The notes beneath the pieces are model-generated. The model made no database searches, was not told the DNA's origin, and saw only the letters and a list, made by a program, of their open reading frames with translations. Positions 23,152 to 36,560 of a stretch of DNA of 64,000 nt are shown one piece after another. A program made the position numbers and the translations under genes. The DNA lies in contig NC_043008.1 in NCBI RefSeq assembly GCF_006345805.1, positions 23,932,001 through 23,996,000 of the forward strand, given 5' to 3'. Origin of the DNA: Octopus sinensis (taxonomy: Eukaryota). The number at the start of each line of letters is the position of its first letter. The first letter of the stretch is position 1.

Positions 23152-26100
23152 GCCAATCAAAGCTAAAAAATGATAACATTATCGTAGCACCAAAATGTTT
23201 TTGGAAACTAAAAGGAAAACTAAATCAGTATACCAAATCGCTTGTCCTATGGTTAATCTGGAAGCGCGTCCCCCAGGGAAGAGCCAGCCTGGGATCGAAA
23301 AGTCATCAACTGGCACAAACTCTTCTCCGAATACGGACATGGATGGTCTCTTGAACGGGAAATCCCCCAACTCGAGCCCTCCAAGTTCACCACCACAACC
23401 ACCACAGAAAGAAAAATGTAAGCGGAACAAATGGACCCGAGAAGAGTATAAAGAAGTAATATACGCTTATTACTATGCATTAGGTAGGCCATCTCAAGAG
23501 AGACACACCGCAAACTCTTACAGTATATGGAGAACACGGAATCAAGACAGTAGGCCGTATTTGGACGAGAACAAATTAGAAAATGTGAGGAGGGATATCC
23601 TTAGAAATAACAGACTCACAGACAGTGAAATAAGCGCGATCAAGCACGCAACGGAAAATGACATAAATATAAGACACAAAGGAAATGAAGAATCAGATGA
23701 ACAGTATAGCCCGCGACGAGGCTTAATTGAAAGACTGCCATCTGACCAAAGTACGCAAAGGCCTGAAGATACAAGAAATTCTATTGTACATGTTAAAGAT
23801 AGCCAGGAAAACGAAAAAACAACAGTAACTGAAGATCTCGCATTTGCTGAAGAACACAGAGAGTCTATGGCAGAAATGAGGCAGAAAATTCTGAATACGC
23901 TTGAAGTTGTAAGACATACAAGTATGAATGATAGAAAACCACTTCATAAACTCTCAAATACAAACCAAAATAAAAAACAAATCCAAATTGGCAACTATGT
24001 AACAAATGAAATAATACGATAATTAAAACCTGATTTTACTGAGTTAAATGAAATTATTTACGCTTCTGCTAGGGCAATTGAAACCAGCTGTATGCCCCCG
24101 AAAAAACAAAGAAAACAAAACCTGGGAAGAAATCAAACCTGGAGAAGTAAAATTGAAAAAGAGATTGAATTTATGAGAGGGGAAATATCAATATTAAATG
24201 AACTAATATGTGGAAATGATGTAAGATCCAGAACAGGAAGAAAGATGAAGAGAAAATTTGGATCCTCACCAAGAGAAGAACTGATATCAATAAAAGAAAC
24301 GCTGAAACAAAAAGTCCAAGCAAAAGCCCAAAGAATACGAAGATTTGAGAAGAGAAACAAGTTTTACAAGCAAAATAAGCTGTTCACATCCAATGCCAAA
24401 AAATTCTACAGAGAAATAGGGAAGGAGAAAGTAACCGTTAAAGACCCTCCTCCCATGGAAGAAGTTCGAAACTTTTGGAAAAGGATCTGGAGTGACAAGA
24501 AGACGTACAACATAAATGCAGACTGGATTATACAAACTGAAGGATCCTACCAAAATTTACAACAACAAGCATGGGAAGACATCACAATAGCAGACCTAAG
24601 AAAGGCACTCACGAAGGCCCATAATTGGAAATCCCCCGGTAAAGATAGGGTGCCGAATTTCTGGCTCGCATCGCTCCCATGCGCACACGGTAAGCTAGTT
24701 CAGCTGCTCAATGGAATTATGAGAGACCCAAAGAAAACACCTGAATGGTTAGCAAGTGGCATTACTTACCTACTCCCAAAGAATAACGAAACCAACCTTC
24801 CAAAAAACTATCGGCCTATAACCTGTCTATCCACCACGTATAAAATCCTAACATCTATCCTGGCGGAGAAAACATATGCATTCATGGAGAAGAACGATAT
24901 TTTCCCCATTGAACAAAAAGGGTGCCGCCGAGGCTCTTACGGATGCAAAGATCAACTGCTAATCAATCGTATGATCCTTGAGAACTGTCACAACAAGCGC
25001 AGAAATCTCAGCACCGCATGGATTGACTATAAAAAGGCCTTCGACAGTATACCGCATCCATGGATCTTGAGATCGCTGGACATCTTCAAAATTTCCCCTG
25101 TGATTTCAAACTTCCTGAAGCACAATATGTCGTTGTGGAATACGAATCTCCAATTATACCACTCTAATGGAGTACTTGCCTCAGAAAATATAAACATCAA
25201 CTGTGGAATTTTTCAAGGTGACTCACTTTCACCTTTAATATTCTGCATAGCCCTAATACCCCTTACAAGTGAATTAAACAGAACAGGGTATGGGTATAAA
25301 ATTGCCAATAAAAAAATAAGCCATCTATTTTATATGGATGACTTAAAACTTTATGGTAAAGACAATAATGAACTTGAAGGCTTATTGCGCACCGTGAAAG
25401 CATTCAGCGATGACATCGGGATGGAGTTTGGACTTGAGAAGTGTGCCAAGGCCACTTTCCAGAAAGGGAAAGTGAAGACCACAAATTTAGTCGTGTTAGA
25501 TGTTGACACAGTCATAAGAGAGCTTGAGCAAGAACAAACATACAAATATTTAGGGATAAATGAAGGCTCTGGTATTCAGCATGCAAGTATGAAAGAGAAG
25601 ATCAGGAAGGAATGTTATAGGAGAGTTCGTGCAGTCCTTAAATCTGAACTAAATGCACGTAACAAGGTGTTAGCTATAAATTCCTTAGCAGTTCCAGTTG
25701 TTACTTATAGCTACAATGTGTTGAACTGGAATATGAGTGAAGTAAAGAATATAGATAGGAAAATACGCAAGCTGCTGAGTTGTAATAGGATGCACCACCC
25801 AAAGGCAGACGTAGATCGCCTTTACCTTCCCAGAGCCCAAGGAGGTCGAGGCCTGATCCAATTTGAACTAGCTTACAAAACAACCACAATTGGACTGGCC
25901 AAATATCTCGAAATATCGAATGACTGGATGCTAAATCTCGTGGAAAATCACGAGAGACGAAAGAAGCTTCATTCTATCATAAAGGAAAGCAAAAAGTTTG
26001 CTATTGATCTCGTGCAGGATACCCAAACTGAACAACCCGAGGGAAGTACGGCAACTATTGTTGCAAAGAAGGTGAAAATGATGGCAATGAAAAAAGAGCA

Positions 26101-27055
26101 CGAGCAATTGGCTGATAGGTGGGAGGAGAAACCTCTGCATGGCAAATATGTGACCCGCAGCAAACAAGCTGATGTTGACCAGAAGCAAACCTATCAGTGG
26201 CTACGGAGCTCAGGGCTAAAAGCAGAGAGCGAAGGTTTCATCCTGGCTGCTCAAGATCAAAGCCTATTAACCCGGAACTACCAGGCCAATGTGATGAAAA
26301 ATGGAGCAGACCCAAAATGCCGATTCTGCAACGACATGATTGAGACAGTGGACCACCTAATCTCTGGATGTAAAGTCTTAGCACCAGTGGAGTATAAATT
26401 AAGACATGACAGAGTTGGCAAATATCTCCACTGGCTAATAAGTCGGCATTACAATATCAAAACTGCCGACAAGTGGTATAATCACCACCCTAAGGCTGTA
26501 ACTGAAGGAGAAAATGTAACCATTCTGTGGGACTTTCCAGTACATACAGACCGAACCATCAAGGCCAATAAACCAGATATTGTTGTGAAAGACAAAAACA
26601 ATAAAGTTTGCTTATTGATCGACATGAGCATTCCCTGTGATCATAATATCTCAGCGAAAGAGTTTGACAAGCTCAGAAAATATAAAGACCTACTCATTGA
26701 AATTGAGAAAATGTGGCATCTCAAGGCGGTTACAATACCAGTGATCGTAGGAGCACTAGGAATGATCAAGAAGGGAACCGAAAATTATATGAGAATGATC
26801 CCTGGCTTACCATCCCTGCAAGAAGTGCAAAAGATTGTCTTAACTGGTACATCACACGTATTGAGAAGAGCATTGTCGATGTGAGAACTGTTGCTGCTCA
26901 TGTATTTTAATTTAACTTAAAAATTAAAAATAAAAAATTAACGAACTATTGAGTTTGGTTTAATGGCCTACCAATGTATACTATGAGTTTCTTTGCCCTA
27001 GGAGTCGGGAAGACACTCGGCAAGAAATGGAAGCAAATTTGAAAGAAGAAAAATA
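23150..27055 (+). mobile_element. Near-intact Dong/R4 (RLE-clade) retrotransposon family A, inserted in (AAT)n
   Basis: (AAT)n on both sides; one long reading frame; 3' UTR hairpin. Confidence 0.95.
23195..26884 (+). pseudogene. R4/Dong polyprotein (Myb-like N-terminus, RT, CCHC knuckle, restriction-like endonuclease) with one premature TAA at 24020-24022
   Basis: ORFs 23195-24022 and 24092-26884 share a frame; motifs KWTREEY, WKSPGKD, AWIDYKKAFDS, GIFQGDSLSP, YMDD, CRFC..H...C, RHD, KPDI..IDMS, K..KY. Confidence 0.92.
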
Positions 27056-27079
27056 AAGTAATAATAATAATAATAATAA

Positions 27080-27284
27080 TTGAGAAACTTGGATTGAAAA
27101 ACAGGGCAACTATTAACAACATATCGAAGTCATCACCCTTGAAGGAGGTTTCAACGTGACACAGATAGAAAAATACTACATAATAACTACAGTTGCACTC
27201 GAAAAATACTTAGAATCAAAAAACGGACGACTGCTCGATGTAATAAAGCATCTCTCTCTCTCTCTCGCTATCTCTCTCTCTATC

Positions 27285-27330
<46 letters not shown>

Positions 27331-27830
27331 TTATATACGCACAAAATAAAATGCTTTTTCTATACACAAGAAGGCGACAAAATACAAAACAGAAACAAAC
27401 TTCACTGACACACTGATCTCAGATAACAACACGATTGACATGATCAAGACACAAACAACAACATGAAATGGTGACTAAAAGCATACCAAACATACTAGAG
27501 AGGAAATGGAGAGAAAAATCACTTCATAGACAAAATACCTTGCTAGGCTTGACTGAAAGTGCAGCTAATTGAAAGCCATCAATGGCTCAAAACCTCTGGA
27601 GTAAAAGCAGAAACTAAAGGATTGATTCTCGGTGCACAAGAGCAATACCTGAGCACAAACAACTACAAAAGCAAAATAAAGAAAACAGGCTCTAACACCA
27701 AATGCTTAATATACAACCGGTACAATAAGACAGTAGACCACATCATCTGTAGCTGTTCAGTTCAAGCCAAATCTGAATATATATGCAGATATGACCTGCG
27801 GAAGTAGTTATGTCCACTGAGCATTATGAT
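27080..27830 (+). mobile_element. Old Dong/R4 3' fragment
   Basis: ORFs 27156 (EKYYIITTV) and 27559 (HQWLKTSGVKAETKGLILGAQEQ..TVDHIICSC..RYD). Confidence 0.7.
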
Positions 27831-27849
27831 TTGACAAATAAAATCTAAT

Positions 27850-28052
27850 CAATGATTCGCTAGCCTCTGCACGCATTTTTTTCTCTCCTTATTTCTTTCT
27901 GTGTTTCTTTTCTGTGTATCTTTCTGTTGAAGAGCGTAGGCTCGAAACGTAAAAGACTTGTTTTATTTATATTCCTGAGCGCCATACTAATACAATTGTT
28001 TGTTTGTATTCCACCTGCCTTCGTCTTTTGTCTATTTTCCTAAAGCTTCCCG
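27850..28052 (+). mobile_element. Short PLE-type terminal repeat with a minimal HHR (27919-27956)
   Basis: UCUUU-CUGUUGAA-GAGC-GUAG-GCUC-GAAAC-GUA|AAAGA; ends in (TA)n; homolog at ~54560-54725 has a decayed core. Confidence 0.65.
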
Positions 28053-29611
28053 TTATATATATATGTATATATATATATATACATGTACACACACATACAC
28101 ACACATGTGTATAAAGATAGTTTTAATTTTAAATTATTAGCGATGTAAAAATTCTTTAAAAATGGATTGATACAGACCTCATTGAAGGAAGTTTTTATGT
28201 GAAGCGCTTTTCGCTATTTTCATTTTATAGCACCTGTGTAATTTGTTTTCGTTGCGGTATTTCCGCTTTCATTTTAAATTTAATATTCACATGAAGCATT
28301 CGCCTTTTTTCTTTCGTGGTAGATCATGTTTTTCCGTTATTTTGAAAAAAGGAAATAGCTTGACTTTTCCATTTGTGCAACTGTCGAAATGTTTTTTTTT
28401 TAATTTTTGATCATATTTCTTCCCATTATTGAATGTTTTGGTTTTACGCCCTTCAGTCAGTTCTCCTGTCCCTCAGCGAAAGTCTTCACATTTTATCTGC
28501 ATTGTTTCTTCTAATGTGACTTTCGCTTTGTTAAGAGTTTTGGTGGTTGTCTTTTGCTCTTAATGATTTGTAAGTCTAATCATTTTTTCTGAGATTTGAC
28601 AACTGGCGTAAATTTACAAGGTTGTATTTACACGTTAGATTCTTAGGTTTCTGGGACTGTTGGCTATGTCTTTTTCTCCATAACATCCTGTGATATGAAT
28701 GTCTGAGATTATACACAATGGTTTATGCTGAGTCTGAGGAAGATAAATAACATTTTTGTGAACTCTGGGAAAGTGAGGTCTGTCAAGCATGATTGTTGTT
28801 GGAGTAAGTTCCCCTAAGAAAAGGAATTGGATTTTCAGAGCTCCCCTTGGGAAGATTCTGATACCTTTGTCTCTAGTGAGGACAGATTTTCATATTTAGT
28901 TGGGGGAAGCCAGAACCCTATCTAAAATCACCATACAATTTATCTCTAATTATTTGTGAGCTAACAGGATAATATTGCGTATTTCATTAGCCAAGTTAAA
29001 GTGCACGCTAATCACTCTTTATCCCTAGCTGTGTGCATATATCTAGATATTAGCTCCGCTATGGTAATTATTTCTTAGCTACCTTCCATGAGAAATTAGC
29101 TAGTAAAATTTTCCTCATCAAAGATAGCTAAAAGATCCTTTATATTTTGCAAGAGAGGTTACATCTCCATCATATATATGTGCTTCAGTCCTTCCCATTA
29201 TTCACGTATTTTATTTCATTGGGAATAAATACAGGAAATTCTGTGTGGAATTGTCATCATAAAGGAGTACGCATTTATATTTGAATAAAAGAAAAAAAAT
29301 TTTTCGGTTCCAACTTCTACCATTGATGTGAGCTCGATCAGCTTGAAACTCTTGGGGCCAGATTGGGATTTTTTAGGTGTTTACAGTCTTTTCTCCATAA
29401 AGAACTGCTTTGTTATGTGGAGACTGTGGTATAATTGTCTGGTGGAGAGCGAGGTAAGTATGTAACGTCAAGTTTGAGGACACTTGATGGCAAAATGCCA
29501 CCTTCATTTTCGGTCACGCAGCTTTAGTCTCCGATATTCCATTAATTCAGCGTTACCATCATGACTGTTGAGACTGGTGTCTTGTCGTACGATCAAAAAC
29601 AAGGTTTTCCT

Positions 29612-29695
29612 CATTATTTACATTATATACATTTGACGGATATTTGTTCTCATCTTCTTTGTTTTTAACACAACGTTTCGGCTGATATACCCTTC
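29612..29695 (-). mobile_element. Fragment of the PLE terminal repeat carrying the 3' half of an HHR
   Basis: Matches 44190-44240, 58250-58320 and 62040-62120. Confidence 0.65.
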
Positions 29696-29697
29696 AA

Positions 29698-31107
29698 TGT
29701 TTAGGGGTGAAAAAAATATTCGTACACAACATAAATAACTGATAATTCTGATTTAATACTTCGTAGCATAACCATTATTCAGTTCCACTTCAACCATTCT
29801 CTTCTTGTTGTTATTAATCAATGACTCGCATGTTTCTTTAGAATTTTTTTCCCATTCTTCTTGACAAATTTTCTTCAAATCTGCAATGCACGTTGGGGCT
29901 CTTAAATGAATTTTAATTTTCAAATAACACCACAAATTTTCAATGGGGTTCAAGTCAGGTGACTGGCTTGGTCATTCTATTAATTTTATATTGTGATCGA
30001 CAATCCATTTTTTGGTAGACTTCGCCGTGTGCTTAGGGTCGTTACCCTGTTGTAACACAAAGCTGGAGCTTTTCTACAGAGACCTATAAATTATTGTTCA
30101 AAATATTTTGGTACATCTCTGCATTCATTCTACCATCTATCACATGTAAATTGCCACTACCATTTGCAGAGAAACACCCACACACCATGATGTTGCCACC
30201 TCTAAACTTTGCGGTAGGAATTGTGTTTTTTCCTCCAGACATGGTTACGCGAATTTCGTCCAAACAATTTAATTTTCGACTCGTCTGTCCATAGAACATT
30301 TTCCCAGAATGTATCAGATTTATCTTTATGCTCATAAACAAATTTTAAACGGGCATCTCTATGCCTTTTAGTCAACAGCGGAGTTTTTCTAGGAGAGCGT
30401 GACTTCAGTTCATTCCTCTGAAGTTCATTGCTGATTGTTCGTTGTGTAACACTAGTCCCTGAAGCTAACAGATCTTCTTGCAACTCATTTCTGGTGATCA
30501 TTGCCTTTTTTTCGATTCTTCGCTTCGTTTTTATTAAAGATCTAGGGGAAATCTTGCGTGGTGCACCGGATCTTATTCTGTTTTCAACAGTTCCCGATTT
30601 GTTGTATCTTTGAATAAATGAAGATATGGTAGTAAATGGAATACAAAGGGTATCTGATATTTTCCTGTAACTTTTACCTGCTTTCCACTGTTCAATAATT
30701 AAGTTTTTCACTGAATTTGTGAGTTCGTTACTTTACGCCATTATTACAATACTACTTTATGTTGTCTCAGTGCTGAATGAAGAAGCTAGTATTTTGACAC
30801 TTAAAAATGACAACTGATAAGATTATTGGAACAAACGAGAAAGTTCTAGTAAAAAAAAAATATTATTTTAACAGTATTTTGTGGCATAGAAAATCATAAA
30901 TTTATTCTATACGAATACTTTTTTCACCTCTAAATATTTATAATTGTATATAAATTCCTTAGTTACTATAATTTATTAGTTTCTTTTGTTTATTCTTAGT
31001 TTATGCATATGTATGCAAATATAGTATTGGTATATCCCATTTATGTTCATTAGAAATTAAATATATAAAGAACTTTGACATGTTCGAATATATATTTCCC
31101 CCCACTG
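29698..31107 (-). mobile_element. Tc1-family transposon (IR-DR type), degenerate transposase at ~29753-30740
   Basis: HTH, GAPRK, WTDESKI, NDPKHT, SPDLNPIENLW; terminus TA|CAGTGGGGGGAAA; inner direct repeats at ~30908-30932 and ~29700-29727; left outer end lost. Confidence 0.88.
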
Positions 31108-31134
31108 TATATATATATATATATATATATATAC

Positions 31135-31463
31135 ATACAAGATAAGAAAATGGAGAAATACATCTAAATCAAATATCAATTACCAGATAATACTCAATCA
31201 CATACTTTATTAAACCACCATAAGTATAGATTTATATTTACTTATAAGTATATTCTTTTTTATATATATTCTAATTATTATACAACATTACTCTTTTATG
31301 TACACTTTTTTATGTACATTCCTTTATGTACACTGATTTGTTCTGCTTTTTTATGTTTAACCCTACAGTCTCTTATGTGGTGGTTTAATAAAGTATGTAA
31401 TTGAGTATTATCTGGTAATTGATATTTGATTTAGAAGTATTTCTCCATTTTCTTATCTTGTAT
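31135..31463. repeat. Near-perfect ~90-bp inverted repeat (MITE or inverted PLE tail)
   Basis: atacaagataagaaaatggag...ccaccataag versus cttatgtggtgg...ttcttatcttgtat. Confidence 0.75.
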
Positions 31464-31632
31464 TAGTAATTTGTGGTAAATCATTTTACCTTTGTCCATA
31501 TAATACAGTAAATGAATTGATTGCATCGCAATCCTTAACATTTATGTATTAACTTTGTTGGGTACTTCACTAGCAGTATATTGGATATATGTTATCCCAT
31601 GGAGGGTTGCATTTACAACCCCTATCTCAATT

Positions 31633-31683
<51 letters not shown>

Positions 31684-31686
<3 letters not shown>

Positions 31687-32027
31687 CGCTGGAGTGGCTG
31701 TGTGGTAAGTAGCTTGCTAACCAACCACATGGTTCCGGGTTCAGTCCCACTGCGTGGCATCTTGGGCAAGTGTCTTCTGCTATAGCCCCGGGCCGACCAA
31801 AGCCTTGTGAGTGGATTTGGTAGACGGAAACTGAAAGAAGCCTGTCGTATATATGTATATATATATAAGTGTGTGTGTATATGTTTGTGTGTCTGTGTTT
31901 GTCCCCTAGCATTGCTTGACAACCGATGCTGGTGTGTTTACGTCCCCGTCACTTAGCGGTTCGGCAAAAAGACCGATAGAATAAGTACTGGGCTTACAAA
32001 GAATAAGTAAAAGAGTAAAAGAGTAAA

Positions 32028-32030
<3 letters not shown>
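31684..32030 (+). mobile_element. SINE family 1, well-preserved copy within (TA)n
   Basis: A box TGGCTGTGTGG, B box GGTTCAGTCCC, CORE-like CTTGGGCAAGTGTCTT, (AAAAGAGT)n tail. Confidence 0.85.
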
Positions 32031-32073
<43 letters not shown>

Positions 32074-32374
32074 ATTTGACATGGGTGATTCTTGCCTTGG
32101 GATTCACGGTCAAACGGCTGGGTGGAATTGCGCGAAAAGTTACACAGATGTGTAGAATGATCCGGTGGTTATGGTGGGTTTTGTATTTTTCATAGCTTCC
32201 ATGATTACCGAGATAATATACTATAATAATAATCTTGTGTTTATGAATGTGAAAGGAAGGGGTGATAGATGAATAAGGAAGGAAGGGGTAATGTCATACT
32301 TGGTAGTGGGATGATGAAAATTGTACGCTGAAAAAATAAATCAAATAGCGTTACAACTCTGTTTGAATATATAT

Positions 32375-32427
32375 GCATATATACATATATATATATGTAC
32401 ATACTTACATCTACATGTATATATACA

Positions 32428-32461
<34 letters not shown>

Positions 32462-32601
32462 TACAGGACACCAAGGGGAATTTTCCTTGTATTGTTTGTC
32501 CTGTAGTCTGTTTTTTCGTTGTTTAAAAAAAGTCCGTTTCCTTGTTCGATTTTATGTTCTCGTCTCTCGTTGTGTTCTACGTTTATTTGTGGTGTCCTGT
32601 A

Positions 32602-32676
<75 letters not shown>

Positions 32677-32725
32677 GCATGTATATATGCATGTAGATGT
32701 AAGTATGTACATATATGTATGTATA
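32375..32725. repeat. Palindrome with TA-rich arms around a ~115-bp core
   Basis: catacttacatctacatg..(TA)n..gagtacaggacacca versus tggtgtcctgtactc..(TA)n..catgtagatgtaagtatg. Confidence 0.7.
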
Positions 32726-32746
32726 TATTTTATTTATTTATTATAT

Positions 32747-32786
<40 letters not shown>

Positions 32787-32788
<2 letters not shown>

Positions 32789-35100
32789 CAAAGTGGAGTT
32801 GTAGGGTACCGCACGAGTGGAATTATATACGAAAGAAGGTTTGAAAATGCAATTTTAAAAGATGTTTATTTACTTTACCGGTTTCACTCTTTGGAAAAAG
32901 TTTGTCAAAAGTAACATGTAAAAGTTTGGTTGCGTTATTTATTGGTTGTTACAAAATGCTACATTACTTATATACAGTCTTTGGTAACAAGAACATGTTA
33001 AGGACATAAAAAAGTTTTACAAGTTCCTTAAAATATTGGGCACAAAAGATTACAACATAAATATACATTCTGAAGAACATGTTAAAGATAGTTTCCAGAA
33101 GGAATTATTAAAAAGTTCAGTGGGATATTGTTATTGTATCTGTATATTCATACACGCACAAAATATTGGTTGTCACAAAATACTACAATACATATATATA
33201 CATTCTTTGGTGACAAGAGCCTGTTAAGAACATAAAAAAGTTTAACAAGTTCATTGTGGTGTAAATAGATGTGTGTTTTTTTAAAATTTGGTAGGATGGT
33301 GTGTGTATATGTGTGCCCGTTTGTCTCTGTGTGTGTGTATTAAAAAGTTCAGTGGAATATTGATATACACGCACAGAATATTATGAGTTTAAAAAAGGCT
33401 TACATTATAATAGTAGGGAAGCTAAAACTAACCTGTCCACCATGTTAACGTAAAAGAATATTATCTATTTCAAGTGACACTGTAGGTGTGTTTGGGTGGG
33501 GGGAAGGAGGAGTAATGTGGAACTGAAAAGAATTTCTCCTTTTTGTCTCACCTTCACGCATCAATGATTTGAGGGATTGGTCTTTACAGGTCAGAATGGT
33601 TTGAGTGTGTGTGTCTTTGTGTGTGTGTGTATATACATATGTGGTGTGAATAGATGTGTCTGTGTGTTTGTAAAATATGGTAGGATGGTGTGTGTATATG
33701 TGTGCCCGTTTGTCAACCGTGTGTGTGATTATCTTGATGTTGTGTGTATGTGTGTGTGTATGTATTTGATTGGCATTTGGCATGGTGCTCTGTGTGTGCA
33801 TGTGTGTGTATATGTGTGTCTGTATGGAGGTCGGAATGGTGTGAGTGTGTGTCTTTGTGTGTGTGTATATATGTATACATATGTCTGTGTGTGTATAGGG
33901 GGCTGTTTTTGATTGGTCCCAGGGTTCATTGTGGTGTAAATAAATGTGTGATTTTTTAGAAATTTGGTAGGATGGTGTGTGTATATGTGTGCCCGTTTGT
34001 CAACCGTGTGTGTGATTGTCTTGGTGTTGTGTGTGTGTGTATGTATGTGCGTGATTGGCATTTGTCATGGTGCTGCGTGTGTGTGCATGTATGTGCATAT
34101 GTGTGTCTGTATGGAGGTCAGAATGGTGTGAGTGTGTGTCTTTGTGTGTGTGTATATATGTATACATGTGTTTGTGTGTGTGTGTGTGGGCTGTCTTTGA
34201 TTGGTCCCAGGGACCATTGTGGTGTAAATAGATGTGTGTTTTTTTTTAAATTTGGTAGGATGGTGTGTGTATATGTGTGCCCGTTTGTCTGTGTGTGTGT
34301 GTGTATGTGTGTGTGTGTATACATATACATGTGTTTGTGTGTGTGTATGAATGTGCATGATTGGTATTTGTCATGGTGCTGTGTGTGCGCACATGTGTGT
34401 ATATGTGTCTGTATGGGGGTCAAAACGGTGTGAGTGTGTGTGTGTATATTTATATATATATATACTAGCAGTATCGCCCGGCGTTGCTCGGGTTTGTAAG
34501 GGAAATAACTATATAAGCATTTTTAGAGAGTTACTTCCCTTATAAATTCGGGCTTTCTTAGCCATTTTTGTTTTGGTGTCTTCAAGCCATGAAGTCGTTG
34601 TTCTAAAAGAACGCTGGTTTCCTTCACAACGCATTACGACGTTGATTTCTTTACACTCCCTTCCCCACAGCTTCACGAGGGAGGGAAAAGGGAGAAGCAA
34701 ACAGGTGCAGCTGTGAGCGTGGACGCCAACTCCGCCGCCATCGACACACGATGCCTTTTATGCATTAAAATGGAATAAAAAATGATGTTAAATTATTTTT
34801 AAAATCGTAGACTCATCGTTGACGCGCGCTAATAGTCAGACGGGCTCGATATGAATCACGACTATAAGATACCCGAATTTGGTTAAACTGCACCGCAAAA
34901 TGTGGGAGCAGTTAGGAATCTAAATCGAAGGGGACAGACACTCACACAACTAGAGTTTTATATATATAGATATACCCATGTGTTTGTGTGTAGGGCCGTT
35001 TTTGATTGGTCCCAGTGTCCAATCTTTTTCCGAAGAGTGAAACCGTTAAAGTAAATAAACATCTTTTAAAATTGCATTTTCAAACCTTCTTTCGTATATA
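32787..35100. mobile_element. Composite non-autonomous element (probably PLE-derived) with ~75-bp inverted ends and ~290-bp TG-rich tandem units
   Basis: 32825-32900 is inverted at 35025-35100; the unit anchor gtggtgt.aata.atgtg recurs at ~33255, 33640, 33930 and 34220. Confidence 0.55.
34465..34970 (-). mobile_element. Non-autonomous Helitron
   Basis: Minus strand A|TCTATATATATAAAAC ... CCCGAGCAACGCCGGG hairpin ... CTAG|T. Confidence 0.78.
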
Positions 35101-35109
35101 TATATATAC

Positions 35110-35322
35110 ATATATAAAGTTAATCCAAACAAGAAAACACAAAAAACACAACATGAGGACGTGGAACAAATATAGTATTATTGGACACTCAGGAAAGAAG
35201 GAAAGAAGGAGGGTTTAACGTTTCGAGCGGAGCTCTTCGTCGGAAACATAGGAGAAGGAAAGATCCAGAGAAGGGAAGACAGAGGGAAAAAAATCGCCAA
35301 CGATACACACGAGGTCACATTA
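35110..35322 (-). mobile_element. Short PLE-type terminal repeat with a minimal HHR-like motif (35213-35247)
   Basis: GUUU-CCGACGAA-GAGC-UCC-GCUC-GAAAC-GUU|AAAC; TA-rich flanks. Confidence 0.6.
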
Positions 35323-35629
35323 TATATAATTAATTATTAATATTTATTTTACCCTTTAAACTATTTTTCATCTCATAAGTGACTATCCCCTAAGTAATAT
35401 TTTTTCAGTGACATATGAGAATTTTCAATTTCATAAACTCATTTTATTTTCCGTTAGATGTCAGAGTATCCATAAAGTATCTTTACCATTTAAAAAAAAT
35501 TATTACAAAGGCAATTGATAAGATATCTTAATCCGGCTTGTTCTATTGTCGGTGGTTTTCAAAGATTTAAATCACATTGCATTTTTGTGTTTCAGGCATC
35601 CTGCAGATTTATGAGGCATTTTTTAAATG

Positions 35630-36235
35630 AACCCTTAAGAAAAAGTTACTCCTCAAGAGAAGGTACAATGTGTATCATGGTTTATTGAAACAAAATCGGA
35701 TACGCAGACTCAACGAAACTACAGAACAAAGTATGGAGTAGATCACCATCACGTCCGTTAATTCGAGTATGGCACAAGAAATTTGTGGAGACAGAGTTAG
35801 TGTTAGATAGAAAGAGGAGTGGGCGACCAAGAACATCTGAGGAAAACATTGATCGTGTAAGAGAAACCTTTTCTCGTTCTCCCACAAAGTCCATCCATAC
35901 CGCTGCCATACAGTTAGAGCTACCACGTTGAACAATACACAAGGACCTGCGATTGTACGCTTACAAAGTGCAACACCTAAACGATAAACCAAGACGAAAA
36001 GAGTTTGCAGTTCACATGCTGCAACTAATTTCTGAAGACGAAACATTCCTCATGCGAATTTGTGTTAGGGATGAGGCAACCTTTCATGTTTCAGGGAAAC
36101 TGAGCAAACAATGTGAGAATCTAGGTATCAGTACACCCCCGAGTGACTAAAGAAGTTCAGCGAGATAGTCCTAGTGTGAATGTCTGGTGTGGGATTATGT
36201 GCCATCGAATCATTGGTCCATTTTTCTTCAACGAT
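35630..36235 (+). mobile_element. Tc1/mariner superfamily (rosa/DD41D-like) transposase fragment
   Basis: Hand translation gives TPQEKVQCVSWF..RSGRPRTSEENIDRVRETFSRSPTKS..YAYKVQ..DEATFHVSG..VNVWCG..IIGPFFF, with frameshifts. Confidence 0.75.
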
Positions 36236-36327
36236 AGATAAAGTAAAACTATATTTAGCGCTTTACTATTTATATTTTCAGAGGGGTGTGGTGCTAAGCA
36301 GTGATAAGTGAAGTTGCAATGTTATTA

Positions 36328-36560
36328 GTCTATATATGCTTGATGCACGTTGGAACCGGTGAACAAGCTACTCACTTTATTTTGTCACTGATACTATATC
36401 TCGCTTGTTGACAAATGGTGTGTGTACACCTAGATCAGCTCGCTACGAGGTAATTCAGGTTTATACACACTATTTGTCAACAAACGGGATATATTTTCCG
36501 TGACAAAACGTAGTGAGTAGCTTGTTCACCGGTTCGAACGTGCCTCAAGCATATTCAGAC
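36328..36560. mobile_element. MITE/foldback with ~100-bp inverted arms
   Basis: atgcttgatgcacgttggaaccggtgaacaagctactcac versus gtgagtagcttgttcaccggttcgaacgtgcctcaagcat. Confidence 0.75.

Noticed and set aside
24020-24091. Two-ORF organisation or programmed readthrough in R4
   Set aside because: The paralog has GAA at this codon. The family B stop at 40919-40921 is TCA in its paralog. Both look like copy-specific substitutions.
28100-29600. Possible ancient RT-like remnant on the minus strand
   Set aside because: Only vague motif fragments; too decayed to support a call without a profile search.
33250-34440. CRISPR-like repeat/spacer array
   Set aside because: The units are ~290-bp diverged TG-rich repeats without unique spacers, there are no cas genes, and the context is eukaryotic.
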